Counted from the first letter of the stretch, positions 29,749-39,180 are shown. The stretch is DNA of 64,000 bases from Ruminococcus flavefaciens (GCA_902766595.1 CACXEJ010000072.1:4709-68708); one strand, 5' to 3'. Notes: generated from the sequence alone by a model not told the origin. Program-made: numbers and translations.

Positions 29749-32001
29749 TCACATATTAACAAATTGTGAACGGCACATTCTGACACCTATTACCGTAACA
29801 TCGTCAGAGCGCGGCGAAGGGTTAAAAATCTCCGATTTTACGCAGATCTCGTCCACTATCTTCTTGAGATCATTCTCATTCCCGAGCAGTTCCTTGACGT
29901 ACATATATTCGTTTTCGCTCACTCCGTCCGAAAACATTATCAGTATGTCTCCTTCGTCAAATTGACAGTCCCTGTAATAAATCTCAGACTGAGGATAAAT
30001 ACCTATCGGGAAGTTCGGCGCAGCTACTCTTACAAATCCGTCGCGGTTCTTTATCAGAGTAGAAGCTGCACCTGATTTTATAACCGTCAGCTGCCCACTG
30101 TCGAGGTCAATGCGTACAGCGTCGAGAGTCGCAAAGCTCTCCTCCTGTGACTTGGTTACCATTATCGAGTTTATCATTTTTATGGCTGAAATATAGTTCA
30201 CTCCGCTGCCGATCAGCTTCCGAAAAAGCCGCACGACCAGTCTCGACTCAACAGCAGCTTTCCTGCCGCTGCCCATACCGTCAGACAGTATAACGTAGCT
30301 CACACCGGTCCCGTCACCGAACACCATTGATGTATCGCCGTTGTCCTTGTTGCCGCCTGCACACATCGAAGCACCGTAAACTTCAAGTGAGTATTCCGGC
30401 TTTTCATACAATCTCACCCGGACCTCTTTTCCGGAGCTGACTGCCTCAGAGCTCCCGAGCGGTATCCGTAGCTCATCTGATATAAGGTCGCATATCCGCG
30501 AAAAGCTGCGCGGACAGTCTCCGTATGAAAAGTACAGCTCGATGAGCAGTCGGTTCCTGCTGTTGTAGTATGCGATAACGTTATTGTGAACGATGCCGAA
30601 TTTCCTCAGTTTTTCTGCTACCTGACAGCTTACGGAAGATGAGTACCTGACATCAAGACGCTCCCCTGCCGCACTTATCATTTCCTCCATTATCTTTATC
30701 TGCTCAAACATCAGCTGACGGCTTTCGGAAAAACGCATTTCGAGCAGCTTCGCTGTCGCCCTCTGCTTGGAACGTTCCTTGTAAAGCTCTATAAGTTCAT
30801 CGGTGTGGAGGCAGTCACTCAGCTCATAAGGGAAGGTCTCAGCAGAAAACTCCGTGAGCTCACCGAGCTTCCGGAAGCCCCTCTTCGTCGTGCCGTAATT
30901 GTTCTTCCAGCAGAAAAGCCGTTTGAAGCAATGAGTGCAGACCTGTTCACTTATCTCCTCTTCGTCACCAGCAGCGTCAGCTTTGTCGAGAAGCAGCTCC
31001 GCTATCCTCCCCGACTCGCTGCGGACATTTCCTATTGAGTCGGAAAGGAAACTCATACGAGCATTCATAAGCTCCGGCAGTGCATTACTCTCAGAACCTT
31101 CTGTAATAAGCCATCTGTCTGAATAGAACGGTGCCAAAACAGTAAAGACAAAAGCGCCGCAGACAATGTTTATCAGGCTGCTTACCTCCCCCTGAGATAT
31201 ACCAGTAAATACACTTAGCATCACATCTGTCACAACAAATACAACTGCCGAAACTACATATCTGCGCTCTTTCACATAGCCTGTTATGAGTCCGGCAACA
31301 GGCAAGAGGAGGATACTCAAGCCTGTCTCCGGCGAAGCTAAAAACGCTCCGCAAAGTGTCAGTGCGCCGCATACTACACCGCCGGTCTGCCGGTAGAAAT
31401 GAAGTCCGCCGAGAGTAACAGCGGTGCCTGTTATTATACCCAGATCTATCAGCGGGACGTGAGCAGTACACAAGACAGATATTGCAATTGCGTACACCAC
31501 CGAATATGCACAGCCGCCTGATGCTGTCAGATCAATAACGGAGCGCTTTTTTAGACCCGATATTATTATTGCCGCAGAATAGGCTGTATAACCGGAAATC
31601 GCTCCGTAAACTATGTAAAAAATCAGCTTGTACCAGATCTCGCCTATAAGTACCGAAACCGATACTCCTGCCAGAAATACGCTCAATGCCGTACCTATGC
31701 CGCAGAATTTGGGTTCTTCCCTGTCATCAAAGAACAGCTTGATTATGAGTATCATTATCATTGCCGCTATCTTTACGATATTGCGTCCGACGTTTTCACT
31801 TATTATGCTTCTGAGCAGACTGCCCGTGAGCACCGCCGCAGAGGTCGGCAGGCTCAGTGCACCGGCAAGTGAAATATCTGCAAACGTAACTGCCCCGGCA
31901 AGCTGTGCATCTGAAAGCATATAGCCTGCCGACAGTGCAAGCACGAAGCCTCCGGCTGCCTCTGCGGCGGTGCTGCCGTTTTTCTTACGGATACCAATCA
32001 T
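29749..32001 (-). CDS. spoIIE: Stage II sporulation protein E (PP2C phosphatase)
   Basis: About 10 N-terminal TM helices, CTHC...CW motif, SDGMGSG, ATLD, KSGAAST, SDGV, DDVTV. Confidence 0.85.
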   Translation of the reverse strand: MIGIRKKNGSTAAEAAGGFVLALSAGYMLSDAQLAGAVTFADISLAGALSLPTSAAVLTGSLLRSIISENVGRNIVKIAAMIMILIIKLFFDDREEPKFCGIGTALSVFLAGVSVSVLIGEIWYKLIFYIVYGAISGYTAYSAAIIISGLKKRSVIDLTASGGCAYSVVYAIAISVLCTAHVPLIDLGIITGTAVTLGGLHFYRQTGGVVCGALTLCGAFLASPETGLSILLLPVAGLITGYVKERRYVVSAVVFVVTDVMLSVFTGISQGEVSSLINIVCGAFVFTVLAPFYSDRWLITEGSESNALPELMNARMSFLSDSIGNVRSESGRIAELLLDKADAAGDEEEISEQVCTHCFKRLFCWKNNYGTTKRGFRKLGELTEFSAETFPYELSDCLHTDELIELYKERSKQRATAKLLEMRFSESRQLMFEQIKIMEEMISAAGERLDVRYSSSVSCQVAEKLRKFGIVHNNVIAYYNSRNRLLIELYFSYGDCPRSFSRICDLISDELRIPLGSSEAVSSGKEVRVRLYEKPEYSLEVYGASMCAGGNKDNGDTSMVFGDGTGVSYVILSDGMGSGRKAAVESRLVVRLFRKLIGSGVNYISAIKMINSIMVTKSQEESFATLDAVRIDLDSGQLTVIKSGAASTLIKNRDGFVRVAAPNFPIGIYPQSEIYYRDCQFDEGDILIMFSDGVSENEYMYVKELLGNENDLKKIVDEICVKSEIFNPSPRSDDVTVIGVRMCRSQFVNM

Positions 32002-32035
32002 TTTATCTACCTCTTCTCTTTAGTTTTACTAAACT

Positions 32036-32069
32036 ATTATAGCACTCCTCATACGAGAATAATGTCGTA
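32036..32069 (-). promoter_or_regulatory. Putative Spo0A-dependent sigma-A promoter of spoIIE
   Basis: TG-C-TATAAT -10 (32041-32036) lies 21 bp from a 0A-box-like TGTCGTA (32063-32069, + strand). Confidence 0.5.
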
Positions 32070-32151
32070 ATATACAAGCTGGCTTCAAGTCGGAGGCAAC
32101 GTCTATTGACACCTGTGCAGTTAAGTGTTATACTGAATAAAACAGAAAAAG

Positions 32152-32655
32152 GTGATAATAGTGTTCAGTTTTTTCAGACTGTTCGGCAATCAGTACCTCG
32201 GTTTCTGGTTCATAGGACTTTTGCTCTTTGCAATACAGGAAATTCCATATATGCTGATGCCAATTATAAAACTAAACAATGATCCGCTCATGAATATGAA
32301 GGAGTCCTCTCCGACACTCAATATCGCAGAAAAAGTTCTCGGCTCACTCTGCATAGCGCTTATGAGCTTCGTAGTTTGCAGCGACTCCGAGCTTTTTTCA
32401 GTTTCTGCCGGACGCGAGCGGTTATTCTTTGCACTTGCTGCCGCTGTACTGCTCCTGAATTTTGCCGGCTGGGCACTATACTTCTCAGGACATCAGAGCC
32501 TGTTCGTCATAGTGTTCTTCCTCGTGCTGATGCCGCCGCTTTACTACATTTTCATCGGAGTATGGCGGTATAATATCCCTCTTGTTATGACCGGAGCTGC
32601 CTTTCTTGCAGTTCATTTCACGCACGTTTTACGTAACCTTCTCTCAGAACAATAA
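32152..32655 (+). CDS. Hypothetical membrane protein
   Basis: About 5 hydrophobic segments; TTGACA...TATACT promoter upstream; start may be GTG 32161. Confidence 0.7.
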   Translation: MIIVFSFFRLFGNQYLGFWFIGLLLFAIQEIPYMLMPIIKLNNDPLMNMKESSPTLNIAEKVLGSLCIALMSFVVCSDSELFSVSAGRERLFFALAAAVLLLNFAGWALYFSGHQSLFVIVFFLVLMPPLYYIFIGVWRYNIPLVMTGAAFLAVHFTHVLRNLLSEQ

Positions 32656-32656
32656 C

Positions 32657-32688
32657 AAAAAAGCCAGCATATAAAATGCTGGCTTTTT
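32657..32688. terminator. Bidirectional terminator
   Basis: AAAAAGCCAGCAT...ATGCTGGCTTTTT. Confidence 0.8.
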
Positions 32689-32719
32689 CAATAAATCTTG
32701 AATAATGAAGCAATAGCGC

Positions 32720-32796
32720 GGGCGCCGGAACGGCGCCCCTATGGTTATACGTGTCACAATCATCAAACGGCAAGGACGCCCAAAGGGCGCCCCTAC
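32720..32796 (-). repeat. Two GTAG-type REP-like palindromes
   Basis: Minus strand GTAGGGGCGCCCTTTGGGCGTCC (32796-32774) and ATAGGGGCGCCGTTCCGGCGCCC (32742-32720). Confidence 0.55.
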
Positions 32797-32844
32797 AATG
32801 ACTTTGGCATATATTTTCGGCTTTTTATTCTTGATAGATAATGC

Positions 32845-33714
32845 TCAACTAACCTGACCGGAAAAAGCTTTCAGTCTGCACGAAAATTCCATAAGCTCCT
32901 CAAGCTCAAGCTGCTCAAGTCTTGCAGTCTCCGGAAGTCCGGCTACTTTTAACGCCTCATACACAACGTCCTTGGGAAGTCCCATCTGCGACGAAACTGC
33001 GTTGGCGGCAGTCTTTCTGCGCTGCGAAAATCCGCTCTTCACGACCTTGAAGAAATACTTCTCCTCCGCTTCAGGCAAACGCTGTTCAGCAGCAGGATCT
33101 ATACGGATAACAGCCGAGTCAACATTCGGGGAAGGCATAAAGCTGCCCCGCGAAACTCCGAAGAGCTGCCTTGCAGTTCCATAATAATTCACGGCAACTG
33201 TTATCGCTCCTGCGTCCCTTGAACCTACCTTTGCACAAAGTCTCTGCGCGGCTTCCTTCTGAACCATTACCGTTATCGACTCGACCGGCAGTCTGCTCTC
33301 AAGCAGAAGCATTATAACAGGCGATGTTATGTAATACGGCAGATTTGCACACACCGACGCCCTCAGACCGGCAAACTCCTCGCGTATTATCCTGTGAAGA
33401 TCACACTTCATAACGTCCTCATTGAATATCTTCACGTTGCTGAAATCAGCAAGTGTTTCTTCAAGTATTGGCAGCAGACGTGTGTCTATCTCAACTGCTG
33501 CGACCTTATTGGCACGTTTAGCAAGCTCGGCTGTCAGAACGCCGATACCAGTGCCGATCTCAAGGACTCCGAAGCCCTCCGCAGCATTGCCCATTTCAGC
33601 AATCTTAGGACAAATATCCGGATTAATTATGAAATTCTGTCCGAGTCCCTTTGAAAAGCTGAAACCGTGTCGGGACAGTATATCCTTGACCGTCCCTATA
33701 TTTGTAAGAACCAT
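32845..33714 (-). CDS. rsmA: 16S rRNA m6,2A dimethyltransferase
   Basis: KGLGQNF, EIGTGIG, ANLPYYITSP, MVQKE, PSPNVDS, QRRKT. Confidence 0.95.
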   Translation of the reverse strand: MVLTNIGTVKDILSRHGFSFSKGLGQNFIINPDICPKIAEMGNAAEGFGVLEIGTGIGVLTAELAKRANKVAAVEIDTRLLPILEETLADFSNVKIFNEDVMKCDLHRIIREEFAGLRASVCANLPYYITSPVIMLLLESRLPVESITVMVQKEAAQRLCAKVGSRDAGAITVAVNYYGTARQLFGVSRGSFMPSPNVDSAVIRIDPAAEQRLPEAEEKYFFKVVKSGFSQRRKTAANAVSSQMGLPKDVVYEALKVAGLPETARLEQLELEELMEFSCRLKAFSGQVS

Positions 33715-33717
33715 ATT

Positions 33718-33987
33718 TTACTCCTGTACCTTATGACGTTCCTTCTGCGAAAACTCGCTCTGCTTTGCATCGTTGAGCTTCTCCATATTGTTTACAAGAT
33801 AGTCCGCAGAACGGTAAGCACGCTGAAAATTCATATCGGCAAAATGACATTTCAGATCAATATACTCACCGTCGATAATAATATCTATCTCGTTGATCTG
33901 ACGTCCGGTATACTTGTTTGCCGCATACTTTATGTATTCATCTATCTCAGCTCTTTCCATTTCTCCGCCAATAACATTGATCTTCAT
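33718..33987 (-). CDS. Small protein resembling the NrdD C-terminal glycyl-radical tail, with Gly replaced by Asp
   Basis: AAGGAGG RBS before ATG 33987; FQRAYRSADYLV...LNDAKQSE......H aligns with the NrdD RIRRITGYLV...FNDAK..E...R..H pattern. Confidence 0.65.
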   Translation of the reverse strand: MKINVIGGEMERAEIDEYIKYAANKYTGRQINEIDIIIDGEYIDLKCHFADMNFQRAYRSADYLVNNMEKLNDAKQSEFSQKERHKVQE

Positions 33988-34007
33988 AATTGCCTCCTTT
34001 ACGATCG

Positions 34008-35600
34008 TCATAAGTTGTTTAGTTTGTTTATAACAGCTTCGGCGCACTTCATTCCGTCAACTGCTGCCGAAACTATTCCGCCTGCATAGCCTGCACCCTC
34101 TCCGCACGGATAGAGTCCCTTAACTGATACAGAACGGAGATCATCTCCCCTGTCAATACGCACCGGTGAACTGCTTCTGCTCTCGACGCCTGTTAGCACA
34201 GCATCGGGAGAGTCAAAACCCGGTATTTTCTTTCCCATTTCCGGGATACCGAGCCGAAGAGTCTCGCAGACAAAGTCCGGGAGATATTCGTCCGGTGAAG
34301 CTGCTTTCACTCCCGGACGGTAAGAAGGTAAGACCTTTCCGAAGCCATCAGAAAGAGTTCTGCTGAGAAAATCTCCGACTTTTATACACGGAGCGAAGTA
34401 GCTGCTTCCTCCGGCTCTGTAAGCCTTTTCCTCTATTTCACGCTGGAAATACATTCCTGCGAGCGGGTGATCCGTGCCGTAATCAGCAGTATCTACGTTG
34501 ACAAGAAGGGCACTGTTTGAGTTCTCCGCATCACGGGCAAAGCAGCTCATACCATTCACAGCGAGTCTGCCCTCCTCGGAAGAAGCTGCCATTACATAGC
34601 CGCCCGGACACATACAGAACGTATAAAGTGCCCTGCCGTTCGGAAGATGAACTGCCAGCTTATAGTCCGCAGCCTTCAGCGCAGGGTGACCTGAACTATC
34701 GCCGTACATAGCCCTGTCAATATTCTCACGTCTGTGCTCTATACGGACACCGACTGCAAAGTTTTTCTGTGAGAGGCTGATCTGCTTTTCGTAAAGCATC
34801 TCAAAAATGTCCCTCGCACTATGACCTGCTGCGAGTATAACATTATGCGTCACAATACTATGCGATGAACCGTCTTCTGTATACTCTACCGATGTTACTG
34901 TACCGCCGGTCATACTCAGCTCGGTCACTTTCGCGCCAAAATGCACTTCGCCGCCGAGTGAGATGACTCGCTCCCTAAGAGACTTTACAGCGCCGCGTAG
35001 CTTATCCGTGCCGATATGCGGCTTTGCAAGATACATTATCTCCTCCGGTGCACCGAACTCGACAAAGCGCTCGATTATCCAGCCTATCCTGCCGTCTCTG
35101 ATACCGGTATTCAGCTTGCCGTCCGAAAACGTTCCTGCACCGCCCTCACCGAACTGCACATTGCACTCGGTATCGAGCTTACCGGTACTCCGGAACTCAT
35201 CGACCTTTTCACAGCGGCGGTCAACGTCGAGGCCTCGCTCAAGCACTATCGGTCTTGCACCCGCCATTGCAAGCACAAGCGCCGCAAACATTCCTGCCGG
35301 ACCAAATCCCACAATGACCGGTCTCTCAGAATTTGCCGGAACAGTCCCTGTTTTGTATTCCGTATATGTAACTTCAGAGGCGTTTTTCAGCCTTTTCAGC
35401 AGCTTGGCATTATCTGTTTCAATATCAATAGAAAGTATAAAATGCACATCGCTCTTTTTCCGCGCGTCCACTGATTTTTTGAACAGCTTAACGCTTCTGA
35501 TCTGTCTGCTTTCGATTTTAAGTTTTCGGCAGCAGAAAACTCTGAGGTCGCTCAGATCATCGCTGAGAGCCGCCCTGATACCTGTAACTCTGATTATCAT
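34008..35600 (-). CDS. FAD-dependent oxidoreductase
   Basis: VGFGPAG, FGEGGAGTFSDGKL, PHIGTD, FCMCPGG, GEGAGYAGGI; start ATG 35600 overlaps the upstream stop. Confidence 0.88.
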   Translation of the reverse strand: MIIRVTGIRAALSDDLSDLRVFCCRKLKIESRQIRSVKLFKKSVDARKKSDVHFILSIDIETDNAKLLKRLKNASEVTYTEYKTGTVPANSERPVIVGFGPAGMFAALVLAMAGARPIVLERGLDVDRRCEKVDEFRSTGKLDTECNVQFGEGGAGTFSDGKLNTGIRDGRIGWIIERFVEFGAPEEIMYLAKPHIGTDKLRGAVKSLRERVISLGGEVHFGAKVTELSMTGGTVTSVEYTEDGSSHSIVTHNVILAAGHSARDIFEMLYEKQISLSQKNFAVGVRIEHRRENIDRAMYGDSSGHPALKAADYKLAVHLPNGRALYTFCMCPGGYVMAASSEEGRLAVNGMSCFARDAENSNSALLVNVDTADYGTDHPLAGMYFQREIEEKAYRAGGSSYFAPCIKVGDFLSRTLSDGFGKVLPSYRPGVKAASPDEYLPDFVCETLRLGIPEMGKKIPGFDSPDAVLTGVESRSSSPVRIDRGDDLRSVSVKGLYPCGEGAGYAGGIVSAAVDGMKCAEAVINKLNNL

Positions 35601-36832
35601 TTCAGCTCCCCTTTCAGCGACAATGCGCAGTTCCTGCCGGCAATAATTCCCGATGACCACGCCCATTGCAGGTTATATCCGCCGCAGTCCCCGACTGTAT
35701 CAAGTATTTCACCGCATAAGTACACGTCCTTAAAGCGCCTGAGCTCAAGTGCGTCAGTGACCTCATCTGCAGCGATACCGCCGAGAGTTGCCTGAGCATT
35801 CTGCCACGGTGAAGCTCCGGAAACATCAAAGCTGCATCTCTTTATCCTATTCGTGAGTACCTTTACATCACTCGCTGTAACGCCAGAAACCGTCTCCGTC
35901 ATAGGTCTTTTCAGCGTGGTCTTTACAAGATAGACCGCAAGATTTTTGCAGAACATACCAGTAAGAAGTTCATTCAGCTCACAGTCAGAACGCATTTGCG
36001 CTGCCGATCTTATGTAATCTGCAACTTCCTGTTCGCTCATATCAGGTGCAAGATCAAGTTCAAGACGGAGACTTTTGTCGTACTTGCCGAACAGATAAGC
36101 CATATTGAACACGCATATGCCGGAGAGCGAGTTCTCAGTGAACTGCACCTCGCCCTTTTCTTCACGAAGCAGCCTGCCGTCCGCAAAGGCTCTTACAACA
36201 CATTTTGCCCGGACTCCCTTGAGTCCCTTAACCCTTTCGCTGTCAACACGCAGAGGAGCAACTGCCGGAACGATCTTCCCGAGCTTTACTCCTTTTCCGC
36301 GAAGGAGTCTCAGAACTGAACCGTCTGTGCCCATATTCGGCGCAGCATAACCGCCGGCTGCTATTATCAGTCGCCTGCACTCTATGCTTCTGCCATCTGC
36401 GGAAGCAACTGAAAAGCCGCTCTTAGCCTGAACTATATCCCTGACCTCGAAGCCGCATACCTCAGTAACACCAAGTCCTTTAAGGCGCAGTCTCAGCGCA
36501 TTGAGCACCGATGCAGCACTTCCGCTGTAAGGGTACATACGCCCCTGTTCATCGGCAGTGCAAAGGATACCATACTCTGCGAAGAACTCCTCAGCAGAAG
36601 GCGTTTTCTCAATAAATATCAGCGCATCAAATGAGCCGTGATAATTATCTGGTGAAAGCTCTCTGTTGCTGAGATTGCACTTACCGTTGCCGGTAGAAAG
36701 CAGCTTCTTTCCTATTCTGTCAAGTCTTTCGCATATCATCACATCAGCCCGGGGATAACACTTTTTCGCTTCACAGGCAGCCGTTATGCCGGAAGCACCT
36801 CCGCCGATCACCAAAATATCTGTACGCATCAT
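35597..36832 (-). CDS. HI0933/YhiN-family flavoprotein
   Basis: IGGGASG, KLLSTGNGKCN, TLGGI, GDCGGYNLQWAWSSG. Confidence 0.9.
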   Translation of the reverse strand: MMRTDILVIGGGASGITAACEAKKCYPRADVMICERLDRIGKKLLSTGNGKCNLSNRELSPDNYHGSFDALIFIEKTPSAEEFFAEYGILCTADEQGRMYPYSGSAASVLNALRLRLKGLGVTEVCGFEVRDIVQAKSGFSVASADGRSIECRRLIIAAGGYAAPNMGTDGSVLRLLRGKGVKLGKIVPAVAPLRVDSERVKGLKGVRAKCVVRAFADGRLLREEKGEVQFTENSLSGICVFNMAYLFGKYDKSLRLELDLAPDMSEQEVADYIRSAAQMRSDCELNELLTGMFCKNLAVYLVKTTLKRPMTETVSGVTASDVKVLTNRIKRCSFDVSGASPWQNAQATLGGIAADEVTDALELRRFKDVYLCGEILDTVGDCGGYNLQWAWSSGIIAGRNCALSLKGELK

Positions 36833-37728
36833 TTACCTGCCTGCTTTTCCGGCAGAACGTCTATTATTGCTACCTCCGGACGGTTATTGAACCTTATCGG
36901 CAGCGGTGAAACGCCGATACCGGAAGTAATGAACATAGTTCCGCCTTTATAATCAAATGTTCCCTTGTCGTAAACTTCCATATCCTTGAACTGCGGGAAC
37001 CATTCACCTGCATCTGAATAGAAAACAGGTCCCATATCAAAGGGCAGCTGTACCATACAGCCATGAGTGTCGGCACAGAGCGTTAGATCCGCTCCGAACT
37101 CCTCAAACTTCTTATAATTCGGTATATGGGCAAGAAGTATGTTATAGCAGCTCTCATCCGGCTGGAACTCATTGAACAGATTGAAGGTCTCGCTGTAATA
37201 CACATTGTCGATACCATACACACAGACATCATTGCCCTTGATATTTATCTTCTCTGACTTGTAATCCATAACATGAGCTCCGGCTTTACGCTGGGCTTCA
37301 ATGTATTTGCGATCGGTATCGTGCTCACCATTGACAAAGAAGACCGGATAGCCCTCCTTAACAATATCAGCAGTGAGATCAATGGGTATCTGCCTGAGCT
37401 CCTGTGGACTGTCTGTGGTGTACATATCACCGAGTATCATAACTGCATCGGGATCGTTCTTCTTGATCCTTTTACAGATGCTTTTGTTGCTTATACCGTG
37501 CTTTGTGGCGTGCTGGTCGCTTATGACCGCTATCCTTATCGGTTCTTTGATCTTTGAAGAATAAAGAGTAACATTTGTTGTTCTGAGCGTATAGTTGTTG
37601 AACCACCATATCATAATCAGGACAAAAAGTACAGCAAACACTCTCGACCATTTGAACAGTTCTTTCTTCTTTGGTTTCTTTTTTGCCGCAGTCTGCGGCT
37701 TGTCATCTCTTTCTTTTGTCTCTGTCAT
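36829..37728 (-). CDS. Membrane-anchored metallophosphoesterase (YkuE-like)
   Basis: One TM helix; ISDQH, LGD, GEHD, LAH.P, ADTHG, ITSGIG...RFNNRPE; start ATG 37728. Confidence 0.8.
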   Translation of the reverse strand: MTETKERDDKPQTAAKKKPKKKELFKWSRVFAVLFVLIMIWWFNNYTLRTTNVTLYSSKIKEPIRIAVISDQHATKHGISNKSICKRIKKNDPDAVMILGDMYTTDSPQELRQIPIDLTADIVKEGYPVFFVNGEHDTDRKYIEAQRKAGAHVMDYKSEKINIKGNDVCVYGIDNVYYSETFNLFNEFQPDESCYNILLAHIPNYKKFEEFGADLTLCADTHGCMVQLPFDMGPVFYSDAGEWFPQFKDMEVYDKGTFDYKGGTMFITSGIGVSPLPIRFNNRPEVAIIDVLPEKQAGK

Positions 37729-37729
37729 T

Positions 37730-38629
37730 TTATTGTTCCTTAATGTGTACATCAAGCTGGCTGAACGGTATCTCGATACCATTTTCATCGAAGCTCGATT
37801 TCACAGCTTCTATCATACTATATCTTACATTGAAGTAATCATCGTTATTCACCCATACCAGAACGTCTATCGCAACTGAATGGTCGCTGTGCGCCGACAT
37901 ACGGACAAGCGGTTCCGGCGACTTGAGTATCAGCTTGTTATCAGCTGCGGCAGTAAGTATGAGTTCACGCGCCCTCTGATAATCGGCAGCGTAGCTTATG
38001 TCAAATTTCAGGTCAATTCGCCGTGTCGGGCTTTCGGTGTAGTTTATTATCTTTCCCTCGGAGACTTTGCCGTTCGGGATAAAAACGGTCTTGTTGTCGA
38101 AGGTGATTATCTTGGTGTACAGTATGCTTATCGTATCGACCTTGCCGACAGAACCGTCTATCTCGAGAATATCTCCAGCCGCAAAAGGCTTCGAGAACAG
38201 TATTATAAAACCGCCGGCAAGATTTGAAAGACAGTTTTGAAGCGCAAGTGAGACTGCGAGTCCTGCCGCACCGAATATCGTTATGATCGATGACATAGGC
38301 ACTTTAAGCAGCGAAAGTACGATTATTACGATATTAATATAGAGGATTATCTTGATAAACGATACAAGGAAATTCTTTGCGGCGTTATCAATATTTGACC
38401 TCTTCATCGCACGGCGTACGATCCTCAAAATGATCTTGACAACAATAACGCCGAACACAAATACCAGAAGCGCTACAAGCATCGACGGTATCGCATCTTT
38501 AAACTTATCAAGCCCTTTTTCCAGAACGCCTGCTGTTTTGGTGACCTGCTGCTGAACAGTAACGCTTGTTGTAGTATCAGTAACAGATGTGGCATCTTCT
38601 GAAAGGAGCGTAGTTATCTCTTTCTGCAT
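37730..38629 (-). CDS. mscS: Small-conductance mechanosensitive channel
   Basis: GAAGLAVSLALQ..LSNLAGG, KPF..GD, IPNG, GIEIPF.QLDVH. Confidence 0.9.
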   Translation of the reverse strand: MQKEITTLLSEDATSVTDTTTSVTVQQQVTKTAGVLEKGLDKFKDAIPSMLVALLVFVFGVIVVKIILRIVRRAMKRSNIDNAAKNFLVSFIKIILYINIVIIVLSLLKVPMSSIITIFGAAGLAVSLALQNCLSNLAGGFIILFSKPFAAGDILEIDGSVGKVDTISILYTKIITFDNKTVFIPNGKVSEGKIINYTESPTRRIDLKFDISYAADYQRARELILTAAADNKLILKSPEPLVRMSAHSDHSVAIDVLVWVNNDDYFNVRYSMIEAVKSSFDENGIEIPFSQLDVHIKEQ

Positions 38630-38742
38630 TTATATCTCCCTTTGCATATACTTATATTTATTATAACAGATTTATACAGAAAGGTCAATACAAACATATA
38701 GCCGCACTCGAAAGTTAAAATAATAAAATTAATTCTCAACTG

Positions 38743-38771
38743 TTGATTTTGAGAGGAGTATATGGTATAAT
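38743..38771 (+). promoter_or_regulatory. Sigma-A promoter of tRNA-Arg
   Basis: TTGATT, 17 bp spacer, TATAAT with extended TG. Confidence 0.7.
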
Positions 38772-38783
38772 ATTTATGTTAAT

Positions 38784-38860
38784 GTCCCAATAGCTCAGTA
38801 GGATAGAGCGACTGCCTCCTAAGCAGTAGGCCGGAGGTTCGACTCCTCTTTGGGACGCCA
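38784..38860 (+). tRNA. tRNA-Arg (anticodon CCT)
   Basis: Acceptor GTCCCAA/TTGGGAC, anticodon arm ACTGC-CTCCTAA-GCAGT, GGTTCGACTCC T-arm, CCA end. Confidence 0.97.
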
Positions 38861-38863
38861 CCG

Positions 38864-39116
38864 GCGAGCTGCCGGGCGCTTCCACGAAGCCGCTCGCAAG
38901 CTCGCTTATTTTTTTACGGAAATGTTACTCTCCTTTCGCTAATTGCACTGTCACCAATATTTTTACAGTTTGCACAATACAGCGCCTGTGCCCCCTTCCA
39001 CGGGGGCGCTCGTTTTACTCGCTTGCTTTTTACAAAAGGTTTACTCTGCTGTCGCTCATGGCACTATCATCAAATTTATAATACCCACAAAAACGCCCGC
39101 CACTGATGTGACGGAC
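38864..39116. repeat. tRNA-trailing structured repeat, tandem copies 2 and 3
   Basis: Units 38864-38986 and 38987-39116, each with a TTCCAC hairpin and the CTCGCTT..TTTTTAC...TTACTCT.CT.TCGCT...GCACT.TCA core; homologous to 2946-3082. Confidence 0.85.
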
Positions 39117-39138
39117 TTAAATAATATTGCAGCATCAT

Positions 39139-39170
39139 AAAAAGGACGCTCCAACAGGAGCGTCCTTTTT
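39139..39170. terminator. Bidirectional terminator (pta)
   Basis: AAAAAGGACGCTCC-AACA-GGAGCGTCCTTTTT. Confidence 0.85.
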
Positions 39171-39180
39171 AGCTTTGCGA

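Noticed and set aside
38864-39116. Possible CRISPR array or T-box leader
   Set aside because: Units are about 120 bp and diverged, with no constant repeat/unique spacer pattern and no cas genes; no GGTGGNACC T-box or regulated downstream gene
38943-39140. 65-aa ORF
   Set aside because: Runs through hairpins of the repeat; no RBS and the frame is not shared with the other copy
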